Below are positions 35,752-43,531 of a DNA stretch of 43,531 bases, in pieces. A program made the translations under genes and the position numbers. A model generated the notes under the pieces. It made no database searches. It was given only the letters and a program-made list of their open reading frames with translations, and was not told the DNA's origin. How positions within the stretch are numbered: position 1 is the stretch's first letter; each line of letters opens with the position of its first letter. The stretch is from NCBI GenBank assembly GCA_040879805.1, contig JBBDJP010000001.1, positions 132,173 through 175,703 on the forward strand, read 5' to 3'. The DNA comes from Candidatus Pacearchaeota archaeon (GTDB lineage Archaea > Nanobdellota > Nanobdellia > Pacearchaeales > GW2011-AR1).

Positions 35752-37329
35752 ATGAAAATTCTAGAGAATATAACTCCAAGAAAATATCAGAAAGACATTT
35801 TTGAAAATTGTATTAATAAAAACTGTCTTGTAGTCATTCCTACAGGGTTGGGAAAAACATTAATTGCACTCATGCTAACTGTTGAAAGAATGAAAAAATT
35901 TCCAGGAGAGAAAGTTGTTTTTCTTGCACCAACAAAACCTCTTGCTGAACAACACCTAAATTATTTTAAAGATAATCTTCCGGAACTTTTTGGGGATTTT
36001 CAATTATTCACTGGGAGCATAAAACCAAAACAAAGACAAAAAATTTGGGAAACTGCAGACATTATTTTTTCAACACCCCAATGTGTTGCAAATGACTTGA
36101 AAAATAGACTCTATTCTCTTGAAGATGTTTGTTTACTTGTTGAAGATGAAGCACACAGATGTGTAAGAAACTATGATTATAATTATGTTGCAAAAAAATA
36201 TAAAGAACAATCAAAAAATCAAAGAATTCTTGGATTAACTGCCTCTCCTGGAAGCAACTCCTCAAAAATTCGAGAAATTTGTAAAAACCTTTCAATCGAA
36301 GAGGTAGAATTGAGAACAAGAGATAGTCCTGATGTGAGTCAATATCTCCAAGAATTAAAGTTTGAAAAAGTCCATGTTGATTTGCATCCTGAATTTAATA
36401 AAATTAGGGATTCATTGGATAAACTACTGAAACAATATATAAGTGAATTAAGAAACCGACGAGTTCTTTTTGGTCCTGCAAATAAAGGGAGTTTAATTAA
36501 GTTGCAAAAAAATATAATGTCTAAAATTTCTAGAGGATATAAAGATTACAACCTCCTCCTTTCTGCAAGCGCTTGTGCAACTGCGATAAAAATTCAACAT
36601 TCCCTTGAGCTTTTAGAAACACAAACCTTATTTGGATTTCACAAATACTTAAAAGAACTTTCAGAACAAGCTAAGAAGAAGAAAAGTCGTGGAGTGGTAA
36701 AACTTGTATCTAATCCTGAATTCAAATACTCTTTCATGAAATCGAAGAGACTTTTGGGAAAAAATATCGAGCACCCAAAAATACTCAAGCTATTTGAAAT
36801 AGTTAAAGAAGAAAAATCAAAAAACACAGAATCAAAAATAATGATTTTCTCCCAATTTAGGGACACTGCTCACCTCATATCGGATTATCTGAATGATATT
36901 TCTGAAGTTAAATCTAGGGTGTTTATCGGACAAGCTAAAAAATCATCTCATTCTGGAAGACAAACTGGACTTAGTCAAAAAGAACAAAAAGGCCTACTAC
37001 AAGAATTCTCTACAAAAAAAATAAATGTGCTTTGTGCAACATCAATTGGGGAGGAAGGCCTTGATATACCTGAAGTAAACACTGTAATCTTTTACGAACC
37101 CATTCCATCTGCAATAAGATCTATACAAAGAGCAGGGAGAACTGCAAGGATGATGGAAGGAAAATTGATAATGTTAATTACTAAAGAAACCAGGGATGAG
37201 GCTCATTTTTATATTTCAAAAGCAAAAGAAAAAAGAATGAAAAATGCAATAAAAACTATAAAAAAGAATCTTTCAGGAAAACAAAGTGAAGGTATTCAAA
37301 AAAACCTTAATGAAATAAAAAATGAGTGA
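35752..37329 (+). CDS. hef: Hef/FANCM-like SF2 helicase (helicase portion)
   Basis: PRKYQ, PTGLGKT, DEAH, TASPG, HPK, EEGLDIP, QRAGRTAR. Confidence 0.92.
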   Translation: MKILENITPRKYQKDIFENCINKNCLVVIPTGLGKTLIALMLTVERMKKFPGEKVVFLAPTKPLAEQHLNYFKDNLPELFGDFQLFTGSIKPKQRQKIWETADIIFSTPQCVANDLKNRLYSLEDVCLLVEDEAHRCVRNYDYNYVAKKYKEQSKNQRILGLTASPGSNSSKIREICKNLSIEEVELRTRDSPDVSQYLQELKFEKVHVDLHPEFNKIRDSLDKLLKQYISELRNRRVLFGPANKGSLIKLQKNIMSKISRGYKDYNLLLSASACATAIKIQHSLELLETQTLFGFHKYLKELSEQAKKKKSRGVVKLVSNPEFKYSFMKSKRLLGKNIEHPKILKLFEIVKEEKSKNTESKIMIFSQFRDTAHLISDYLNDISEVKSRVFIGQAKKSSHSGRQTGLSQKEQKGLLQEFSTKKINVLCATSIGEEGLDIPEVNTVIFYEPIPSAIRSIQRAGRTARMMEGKLIMLITKETRDEAHFYISKAKEKRMKNAIKTIKKNLSGKQSEGIQKNLNEIKNE

Positions 37330-38033
37330 AATTTATGAAAAATAAAAAACCTATTTTTGATATCTTTTCAAATAACCAAAAAATTAAGAAAAAATACTCT
37401 GAAAAAATAAAAATAATAGTGGATCACAGGGAAAAGAATTCTTTAGTTATTTCGGAACTTTACACTCTTGGTATTGATTCCGAGATGAAACAATTGAAAG
37501 TAGCAGACTATATTGTCAAAGGCATAGCTGTAGAAAGAAAAACTGTTTCAGACTTTATCTCTTCAATGATAAATAGAAGACTTCTAAATCAACTTGAGGA
37601 GTTGAAACAATACTCTGAGAGAATCCTAATAATTGAGGGTTTAGAAAATCAAGAACTTTATTCTGATGATGAGAGCTGGAAAGGAATGCACCCGAACTCA
37701 ATAAGAGGTTTCATAATATCAATTCTTATAAAACACAAAGTTCCAATAATTTTCACGAAAGATTACAAAGACACTGCAAGATTTCTATCAGTATTAGCAA
37801 AAAGAAAGCCAAAAGAACTTCCTCTAAACATAAGTAAAAAAAGTCTTGACAAAAAAGAGCGTCTGCAATTCATATTGGAAGGATTTCCTGGAATTGGTCC
37901 AAAAACTGCAAGAAAACTTTTGAAAAAGCATAAAACTCTCAAAAGAATTTTCAATTCTTCTGAAGAAGTGCTTAAAGATACTTTGGGGAAAAGGGCCAAA
38001 ATATTCAAGAACATTGTTGAAAGAGAATTTTAA
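37326..38033 (+). CDS. ERCC4/XPF nuclease with HhH domain
   Basis: VDHRE, ADY, VERKT..DF, GFPGIGPKTA; GTG 37326 or ATG 37335 start. Confidence 0.92.
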   Translation: MKFMKNKKPIFDIFSNNQKIKKKYSEKIKIIVDHREKNSLVISELYTLGIDSEMKQLKVADYIVKGIAVERKTVSDFISSMINRRLLNQLEELKQYSERILIIEGLENQELYSDDESWKGMHPNSIRGFIISILIKHKVPIIFTKDYKDTARFLSVLAKRKPKELPLNISKKSLDKKERLQFILEGFPGIGPKTARKLLKKHKTLKRIFNSSEEVLKDTLGKRAKIFKNIVEREF

Positions 38034-38039
38034 TTTAAA

Positions 38040-38738
38040 TTATCTTTTTGATTTTTTTCTCATTTTTCTTCTCTTTCCTTTCTCAAATGCTGCACGTCTT
38101 TTTTTAGTCTCCATTTCCTTGATTTTCCTAATTCTATCTTTTCTCCTAATTTCCTTACCTTCTATACGATCAAGGACAATCAAAATTAAAAGACCAATTA
38201 ATGCTAAGCCTCCTACAAAAAAGAATAAAGGTTTGAATCCCATTGAGTCTGCAATTTTTGCTCCTGCAAATGCTGCCAAGGCAGTACCTAATCCAACGCC
38301 TCCACTCCAGATAGAAAAATCATATCCTTTATGCCTTTTATCCATGTATGTTGTAAAAAGGCTAAACCAACTAGGGTGTGCCAAGGCAGTACCTAATCCA
38401 TAAACAGTCTGAGCAAGAAAAATTGTATTTACATGTTTAGCCATCATATAAATAAAAGGAACTAAAAAAATTAGGAAAGTTCCTGCTAGAAGTAAACGAG
38501 TCTTATGTTTATCTTTATCAATCAAATAACGAGACAAAGGTATCTGGGCTGCAGATCTTACAATCCAGAATATTGCTATTGCTAATCCTGCCATAACTAG
38601 ATTTCCTCCAACAATATCTTCTTTAATAAAAACAGCAAAGATCGGTGCAATAAGACCAAAACTACTAATAATCAAAACATCAGCCAAAATAAGTAATTTA
38701 AGTTTTTTATTCATTTTTCCTCTTTTATGGATCTCCAA
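38040..38738 (-). CDS. Half-size (6-TM) MFS transporter
   Basis: Six hydrophobic segments, motif-A-like LIDKDKHK, basic C-terminal tail. Confidence 0.8.
   Translation of the reverse strand: MEIHKRGKMNKKLKLLILADVLIISSFGLIAPIFAVFIKEDIVGGNLVMAGLAIAIFWIVRSAAQIPLSRYLIDKDKHKTRLLLAGTFLIFLVPFIYMMAKHVNTIFLAQTVYGLGTALAHPSWFSLFTTYMDKRHKGYDFSIWSGGVGLGTALAAFAGAKIADSMGFKPLFFFVGGLALIGLLILIVLDRIEGKEIRRKDRIRKIKEMETKKRRAAFEKGKRRKMRKKSKR
38274..38400. repeat. Exact 22-bp intragenic direct repeat x2 (TGCCAAGGCAGTACCTAATCCA)
   Basis: Copies at 38274-38295 and 38379-38400, 105 nt apart, both encoding GLGTALA. Confidence 0.9.
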
Positions 38739-38770
38739 AAGATTTGTCTTTTATAAATTTTGAGACTAAA

Positions 38771-39580
38771 TCACACAAGTTCACTTAAAATTTTTGCGGC
38801 CAATTTAACAGTCATTTCTTTGTAATCTTTTTTAGGATTAACTTCGACAATATCTGCTGCACGAAGAGTTTTGATTTTATTTAATCTTTGAATAAAATAA
38901 ATTAATTGCCTACTTGTAAGTCCTCCAGGTATGTTGTGGGTTGATCCTGGTGAAAATGCAGGATCCAAAACACCTATATCTACAGATATATAGACCTCTC
39001 TACCTTTTGAAAATTCCATAAGAATGTCACAAGAATCATCAATGTTTTCTAGAATTTGATTCATTTTTAAAACTTTTATTTTATTTTTATTTAAAAAAGA
39101 AATTTCCGAAAGATCTAAATCTCTAACTCCTATCAAAAAAATGTTCTCTGGAGGAAAACCATTCTCCACTAATTCCTTAACCCATTCCCTGTTTGAAGGA
39201 AACTTTAAATCTTTCATATCTAAACAATCTGAAAGTGAATCAAAAATCATTAAACAAGGTTCCTTCCCTGCTTTTTCAGAGTTCTTAAAGAAAGAATTTA
39301 CTAAAGGATAACTAATTGAATGGTCTCCTCCAAGGAAAATTGTTTTGGGTTTTTCTTCAAAAATCTTTAATGAATTTTTACTTATAAGCTCATGAGTCAA
39401 TTCTAAATTAGAGTTATCTAAATGTATTTCTTCAAAATCAAAAAGCCTTGTATCTATAGGAATTCCTTTTTCATTGCTGCCAATTTCTCTCAAAGACTCA
39501 ATTATTTTGAGTCCAGCATTCTTACACCCTTTGGTTTTTCCATTACTATTGATTCCTGGAACTCTTACTATAAATACCAT
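38771..39580 (-). CDS. Arginase/agmatinase (ureohydrolase) family protein with degenerate metal site
   Basis: GGDHS, GVRD, LDPAFSPGS, PGGLT, DIVEVNP; DAHxD reads DSLSD. Confidence 0.85.
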   Translation of the reverse strand: MVFIVRVPGINSNGKTKGCKNAGLKIIESLREIGSNEKGIPIDTRLFDFEEIHLDNSNLELTHELISKNSLKIFEEKPKTIFLGGDHSISYPLVNSFFKNSEKAGKEPCLMIFDSLSDCLDMKDLKFPSNREWVKELVENGFPPENIFLIGVRDLDLSEISFLNKNKIKVLKMNQILENIDDSCDILMEFSKGREVYISVDIGVLDPAFSPGSTHNIPGGLTSRQLIYFIQRLNKIKTLRAADIVEVNPKKDYKEMTVKLAAKILSELV

Positions 39581-39617
39581 AAAAAACTTGAGAAAAGAGA
39601 GTTTTTAATATTTCTCT

Positions 39618-40841
39618 CTAGGCTGGTTGTAAAATAAATATACTATGATTCTTTGCAGCTTCTGCAGCTAATTTTTTAACATCTTCAAGTTTGACTGCCT
39701 TTATATTCTCTTCAATTTTGTAAAAGTCTTCCGCATTCCCTTCAACTTCATAATGAAGTAAATATGCCATTTGGGTTTGAGAGTCTTCCATAGAAATTTT
39801 CATATTCCCTAAAATTTCTTCTTTGACCTGGTCTAACTCTTTTTTATCCAAGTCCTTAGAAACTTTTCTAAATTCTTCAAGAAGAATTTTTTTTACTTGT
39901 AGTATGTTTTCTTTTTTTGTTCCCACATAAACTTGATTATATGCAAAAGTCTTTGAAATGTCCGAACCTCCTTTGATTGCATAAGCCAAGTTTCTTTTCT
40001 CTCTTATTTCGTGAAAAAGCCTTGATGACATCCCTCCCGCCATAAGCACACTCAAAACTCTCGCAGCAAAATTCTTTTTGCTTTTTGATGGAGGGACATG
40101 ATATGCAAAAATTAAATTTGCTTGATCTACCCCCTTTCTTTTTTCTGTCTTTATTTCATTCTTAGATATAATTTTTGGAATTATAATTTTTTTTGATTTA
40201 CCTTCAAAATTATCTGGTGAAAATTTTTCCTCTGCAAATGTAACTAATTTTTCAAAATCGATATCACCTACAGCACACAATATAAAGTTTTCAGGCCTAT
40301 AAACTTCTTTGAATTTTTTAACTAATTTTTCTCTATTTAATGAAATCAATGTTTTTTCTGTACCAATCAAAGGAATTCCAAAAGGCTCTTTAAAAAGAGA
40401 TTTATGTATTTCATTGAATACATGACGAGAAGGACTATCTTTATACATCTTTATTTCTTCAAAAATAACATTTCTCTCTTTTCCCATATCTTCTTCTTTA
40501 AAAACAGGATTTCTGACAAGATCTCCTAAAACATCTAAGGCAACATCAACATGGTTTTTAGGCATCTTGCACCAATATGCAGTCACAGTCTCATCAGTAA
40601 ATCCATTTAGAACTCCTCCTTTTTTTTCTATTTCTATGGCAATCTGCCTTGAGTTTCTTTTTTTTGTTCCTTTGTAAAGCATATGTTCTATAAAATGTGA
40701 GATTCCTTTCTCCTGAGAAGATTCATTTATTCCACCATACCTTACTGCAAATGCAACACTTACTGCAGGAGAATCTCTTTTTTCTAAAACCACTGTCATC
40801 CCGCTTTTCAAGACTTTTCTAAAAAACTTTTGATTCATCAA
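39618..40841 (-). CDS. M16 family zinc peptidase
   Basis: GISHFIEHMLYKGT (HxxEH), NGFT, ERNVIFEE, SSRLF.EIREKRNLAY. Confidence 0.95.
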   Translation of the reverse strand: MMNQKFFRKVLKSGMTVVLEKRDSPAVSVAFAVRYGGINESSQEKGISHFIEHMLYKGTKKRNSRQIAIEIEKKGGVLNGFTDETVTAYWCKMPKNHVDVALDVLGDLVRNPVFKEEDMGKERNVIFEEIKMYKDSPSRHVFNEIHKSLFKEPFGIPLIGTEKTLISLNREKLVKKFKEVYRPENFILCAVGDIDFEKLVTFAEEKFSPDNFEGKSKKIIIPKIISKNEIKTEKRKGVDQANLIFAYHVPPSKSKKNFAARVLSVLMAGGMSSRLFHEIREKRNLAYAIKGGSDISKTFAYNQVYVGTKKENILQVKKILLEEFRKVSKDLDKKELDQVKEEILGNMKISMEDSQTQMAYLLHYEVEGNAEDFYKIEENIKAVKLEDVKKLAAEAAKNHSIFILQPA

Positions 40842-40887
40842 AAATAAAAAATTGGGAAGTATTTAAAGATTGCCGCAAAATAAGGAA

Positions 40888-41211
40888 TTACTTAAAAATA
40901 AACCATGCAACTATTCCAAGAAGGATGAGAATTCCCAAAACTAAAAGGACCCACATCCACCATTTGGACTTTTTTTGTCCTGGTAGTTGTTGAATTTGAG
41001 TTCCTTGGGGGTTTGAAGAACTTTGCTGAGATTGAGTTGCAGGCATAGAATTTTGTTGTTGAGTTGTTTGAGATTGAGGGGGGACTTGGGGTGGTTGAGG
41101 GGTGTTTTGAGCAGAGGATTTTGGAGTTGTTTGAGGCTGGGTTGTTTGCGCTTGTGAAGAAATTGATTTGGGTTGTTGCTCTTTTTTTTGAAGGTCTTCG
41201 TTTTCCGCCAT
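40888..41211 (-). CDS. Gln/Pro/Thr/Ser-rich tail-anchored membrane protein
   Basis: Low-complexity N-region, KKSKWW then a C-terminal TM. Confidence 0.75.
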   Translation of the reverse strand: MAENEDLQKKEQQPKSISSQAQTTQPQTTPKSSAQNTPQPPQVPPQSQTTQQQNSMPATQSQQSSSNPQGTQIQQLPGQKKSKWWMWVLLVLGILILLGIVAWFIFK

Positions 41212-41251
41212 AGAAAGTAAACGAAATTAGCAGTTATAAATTTTACTCTAA

Positions 41252-42010
41252 TTATTTTCTACTGAAAACTATAAATCTCTCAGAACCTATTTTAAAATCA
41301 TCTAAAATTTCAAATGAATTACTTATGAAATCTAAAATCCATTTTCGACTTACATTAAATTTTTTTCTTCTTACCATACTTTCTGTAGGAAAACTCACTA
41401 CAACTTTTGATACTATTGGGCAAACTTTTAACAGAATTTTCTTAGAATAATTTTTTTCCATAGATTCAAGAGAATCTAAAACCTTAAAGAGAAAAACTAC
41501 TTTTTGTCCTTTTTCTTTATTGATTATTTTTTTTATCTGCCCTATATTGAAAAGACTTTCATGAAATGCCTTCGCTTTCAAATTTTCTTTTTTAAAATAA
41601 TGATTCATTAAATCGACCCACTGTCCAACAGCCTCTATAGCAATATACTTAAATTTCTTATTGAAATAATTGTAACTAAATCCGTTAACTCCTGCACCAA
41701 GGTCTAAAACTACTTTTTCGTCATCCAAAAGTCTTTCGTAAATTTCCTCATAAAACCCAATTCTCTCTCTAGTTGACAAGTGCTTCCTTAAAAACCAATC
41801 TGGTTTTTCCTGTCTCTTTGGATTCAATAATTTCTTTCCTCCAAAAGCCCCAAAAATTTTATGAAGTAGTTCCCTTGTAAGCCTTATTTTTTCCCGCTCT
41901 TCCACCTGTCGATTTTCAAAATGTGAAAATGCTCTCTCGACATCTTCTTTTGGAAGTTGAGAAAAATCTCTCTTTTTCATGATCTTATTTATTATGTTTT
42001 CTCTTTTCAT
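41252..42010 (-). CDS. ArmA/Rmt/Sgm (FmrO)-like SAM-dependent rRNA methyltransferase
   Basis: HLSTRER, VLDLGAGVNG, FLFKVLDSLE, VVSFPTES, terminal E-R-F-I-V. Confidence 0.75.
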   Translation of the reverse strand: MKRENIINKIMKKRDFSQLPKEDVERAFSHFENRQVEEREKIRLTRELLHKIFGAFGGKKLLNPKRQEKPDWFLRKHLSTRERIGFYEEIYERLLDDEKVVLDLGAGVNGFSYNYFNKKFKYIAIEAVGQWVDLMNHYFKKENLKAKAFHESLFNIGQIKKIINKEKGQKVVFLFKVLDSLESMEKNYSKKILLKVCPIVSKVVVSFPTESMVRRKKFNVSRKWILDFISNSFEILDDFKIGSERFIVFSRK

Positions 42011-42549
42011 TTTCTACTTAAATATTCGTTGTCTTTGATATAAAACCTTAGTTTATTTTTATGATCTTTTTTTACTCCAACTCTAAAACTTTCTTTAATT
42101 TCTTGATTTAATCTTTCTTTAGAATCTTCAATCCAAAAAGATTTATTCTCATAAATTTTATTTCCATTAAAACTTCTATCTATTTTTAAACAATTAGTTA
42201 ATAATCCTGGACCAGAACAACGTCCTTTAAAATTTAAGGGTTCCAATGCACGAATCAAGACTGCCTGTGCCTTGCCTTTTCTATATGTAACAAAATTTAA
42301 CATTAAGTATTTGTGAACATTCTTTAAAAGAATTGTTCCTCCTTCTTCCCACATAAAAAAATTATCTTTTCTCTTTCCTAAGCGGGCCCAGCTTGCAGGA
42401 TCATTCTCATCAAGATATGCTTCAGTTTCCACAATCTTGGCTTTCAAAACTTTCTTCCCAATTTTTCGGACTAAAATCATCCCTAACAATTCCTTAGCAA
42501 CTTTTTCTGCTTCATTTAAGAAAAACCTTCTTCCAATTTTAAAAGCCAT
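42007..42549 (-). CDS. mpg: 3-methyladenine DNA glycosylase (AAG/MPG family)
   Basis: VAKELLG, IVETEAY, DPAS, AVLIRALEP, GPGLL, RVGV. Confidence 0.93.
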   Translation of the reverse strand: MAFKIGRRFFLNEAEKVAKELLGMILVRKIGKKVLKAKIVETEAYLDENDPASWARLGKRKDNFFMWEEGGTILLKNVHKYLMLNFVTYRKGKAQAVLIRALEPLNFKGRCSGPGLLTNCLKIDRSFNGNKIYENKSFWIEDSKERLNQEIKESFRVGVKKDHKNKLRFYIKDNEYLSRK

Positions 42550-42595
42550 TAAACTTTTTAAGTCCTGCAGATTTAAAAGGTATACTAAAAATAAA

Positions 42596-43501
42596 ATGGC
42601 ATCAACAAATCAATCTCCACAATACCAGCAAGCAGAGTCAAAATATCTTACTGCAAAAACAGATGGAGAGAGATTAAAACACCTTGATGAAATGATTCGG
42701 GAGTGTCCAAAACATAAATCTGCAGAAAAAATGCTTGCACAACTGAAAACTAGGAGAAAAAAGCTTAAAGAAAAACTTAGTAAAGATAGTAAAACAGGAA
42801 AATCAACCCAAACAGGAATAAAAAAAGAGGATATGCAGGCAGTTATTGTGGGATTCACAAATACTGGAAAATCATCATTAATTTCTGTCCTAACTAATGC
42901 AGATCCTGAAATTGCCCCTTATAATTTTTCGACAAAAAAACCAATTGTAGGAATGATGTCATTTCAAAGTTCTCAGGTTCAAATTATTGAAGTTCCTGCA
43001 TTTGAATCAGAATATTACCACAAGGGCCTTGTAAATACTGCAGACACAATTCTAATCTTAGTAAATGAATTTGGACAGATAAAAAAAATAGAAAATGATT
43101 TGGAAAATGCTTCTGGAAAAAGAATTGTTATTTTTAACATAAATAATAAAAATCTTGATGAAAGAAAAATAAAAGCAAATTTACAAAGTAACAAATATAA
43201 TTTTTCGATTATTAATATAAAGGAAGGTAAAGGTATTGAAGATTTAAGAGAGAAAATATTTTTTAGTTTTGATAAAATCCGTGTTTATACCAAAGAACCT
43301 GGAAAAGAAAAAAGTGAAAAACCAATCATTCTTGATCCAAATTCTACTGTGAAAGATGTAGCAGAAAAAATCCTTCATGGATTCTCAAAGAAAGTTAAAT
43401 CTTCTTTTGTAACAGGTCCTTCTAGCAAATTTCCAAATCAAAAAGTTGGTCTTAGCCATAAATTGAAAGATTTGGATGTTGTTGAATTTAGGACGAGGTA
43501 G
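42596..43501 (+). CDS. DRG/OBG-family GTPase with TGS domain
   Basis: PKHKSAE, G1 GFTNTGKS, YNFST, RVYTKEPG, QKVGLSHKLKDLDVVE; start adjusted to ATG 42596. Confidence 0.9.
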   Translation: MASTNQSPQYQQAESKYLTAKTDGERLKHLDEMIRECPKHKSAEKMLAQLKTRRKKLKEKLSKDSKTGKSTQTGIKKEDMQAVIVGFTNTGKSSLISVLTNADPEIAPYNFSTKKPIVGMMSFQSSQVQIIEVPAFESEYYHKGLVNTADTILILVNEFGQIKKIENDLENASGKRIVIFNINNKNLDERKIKANLQSNKYNFSIINIKEGKGIEDLREKIFFSFDKIRVYTKEPGKEKSEKPIILDPNSTVKDVAEKILHGFSKKVKSSFVTGPSSKFPNQKVGLSHKLKDLDVVEFRTR

Positions 43502-43531
43502 TTTGAATTAAATGAGGGTTCAGGAAATTTG

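Noticed and set aside
42437-42595. Extended start of the DRG GTPase
   Set aside because: Overlaps mpg on the opposite strand; ATG 42596 follows a TATA element
3520-42858. Numerous 60-135 aa antisense or overlapping ORFs in the track (e.g. 3520-3837, 6734-7138, 14397-14783, 19837-20184, 38014-38403)
   Set aside because: F/S/L/I-rich shadows of Lys/Glu-rich genes on the opposite strand, with no motifs
1-43531. CRISPR array, prophage/integrase, IS element, intein, tRNA intron or stop-codon recoding
   Set aside because: No periodic repeat-spacer pattern, no recombinase or transposase motifs, RadA and helicase have normal lengths, tRNAs are uninterrupted, and TAA/TAG/TGA all end conserved genes at expected positions

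Overview
AT-rich, gene-dense archaeal chromosome segment. Gene content (eL42/L44e, eS1/S3Ae, aIF2-alpha, aEF1-beta, GINS, RadA, Bud32, Hef, TATA-driven leaderless genes) and reduced protein sizes suggest a DPANN archaeon, most likely Pacearchaeota/Woesearchaeota (inference). It holds four intronless tRNAs (Val-GAC, Thr-TGT, Gln-TTG, Arg-GCG), translation, SRP, replication and repair genes, and a ~13 kb type IV pilus-like locus. That locus has a prepilin peptidase, ten pilin-like genes (three are unannotated 34-54 aa mini-pilins, two lacking a leader), a fused platform protein, a flippase-like gene, a large ATPase and flanking uncharacterised coiled-coil and membrane proteins. Manual reading found six small ORFs missing from the track: an 8-Cys metallothionein-like peptide, a divergent Nop10, a Lys/Arg-rich peptide and the three mini-pilins. 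Other notable items are an outer-membrane beta-barrel-like protein, an ArmA/Rmt-like rRNA methyltransferase, a half-size MFS with an exact internal 22-bp repeat, and several apparent pseudoenzymes. No CRISPR array, rRNA, integrase or transposase was seen. All family calls come from motif recognition, not database searches.
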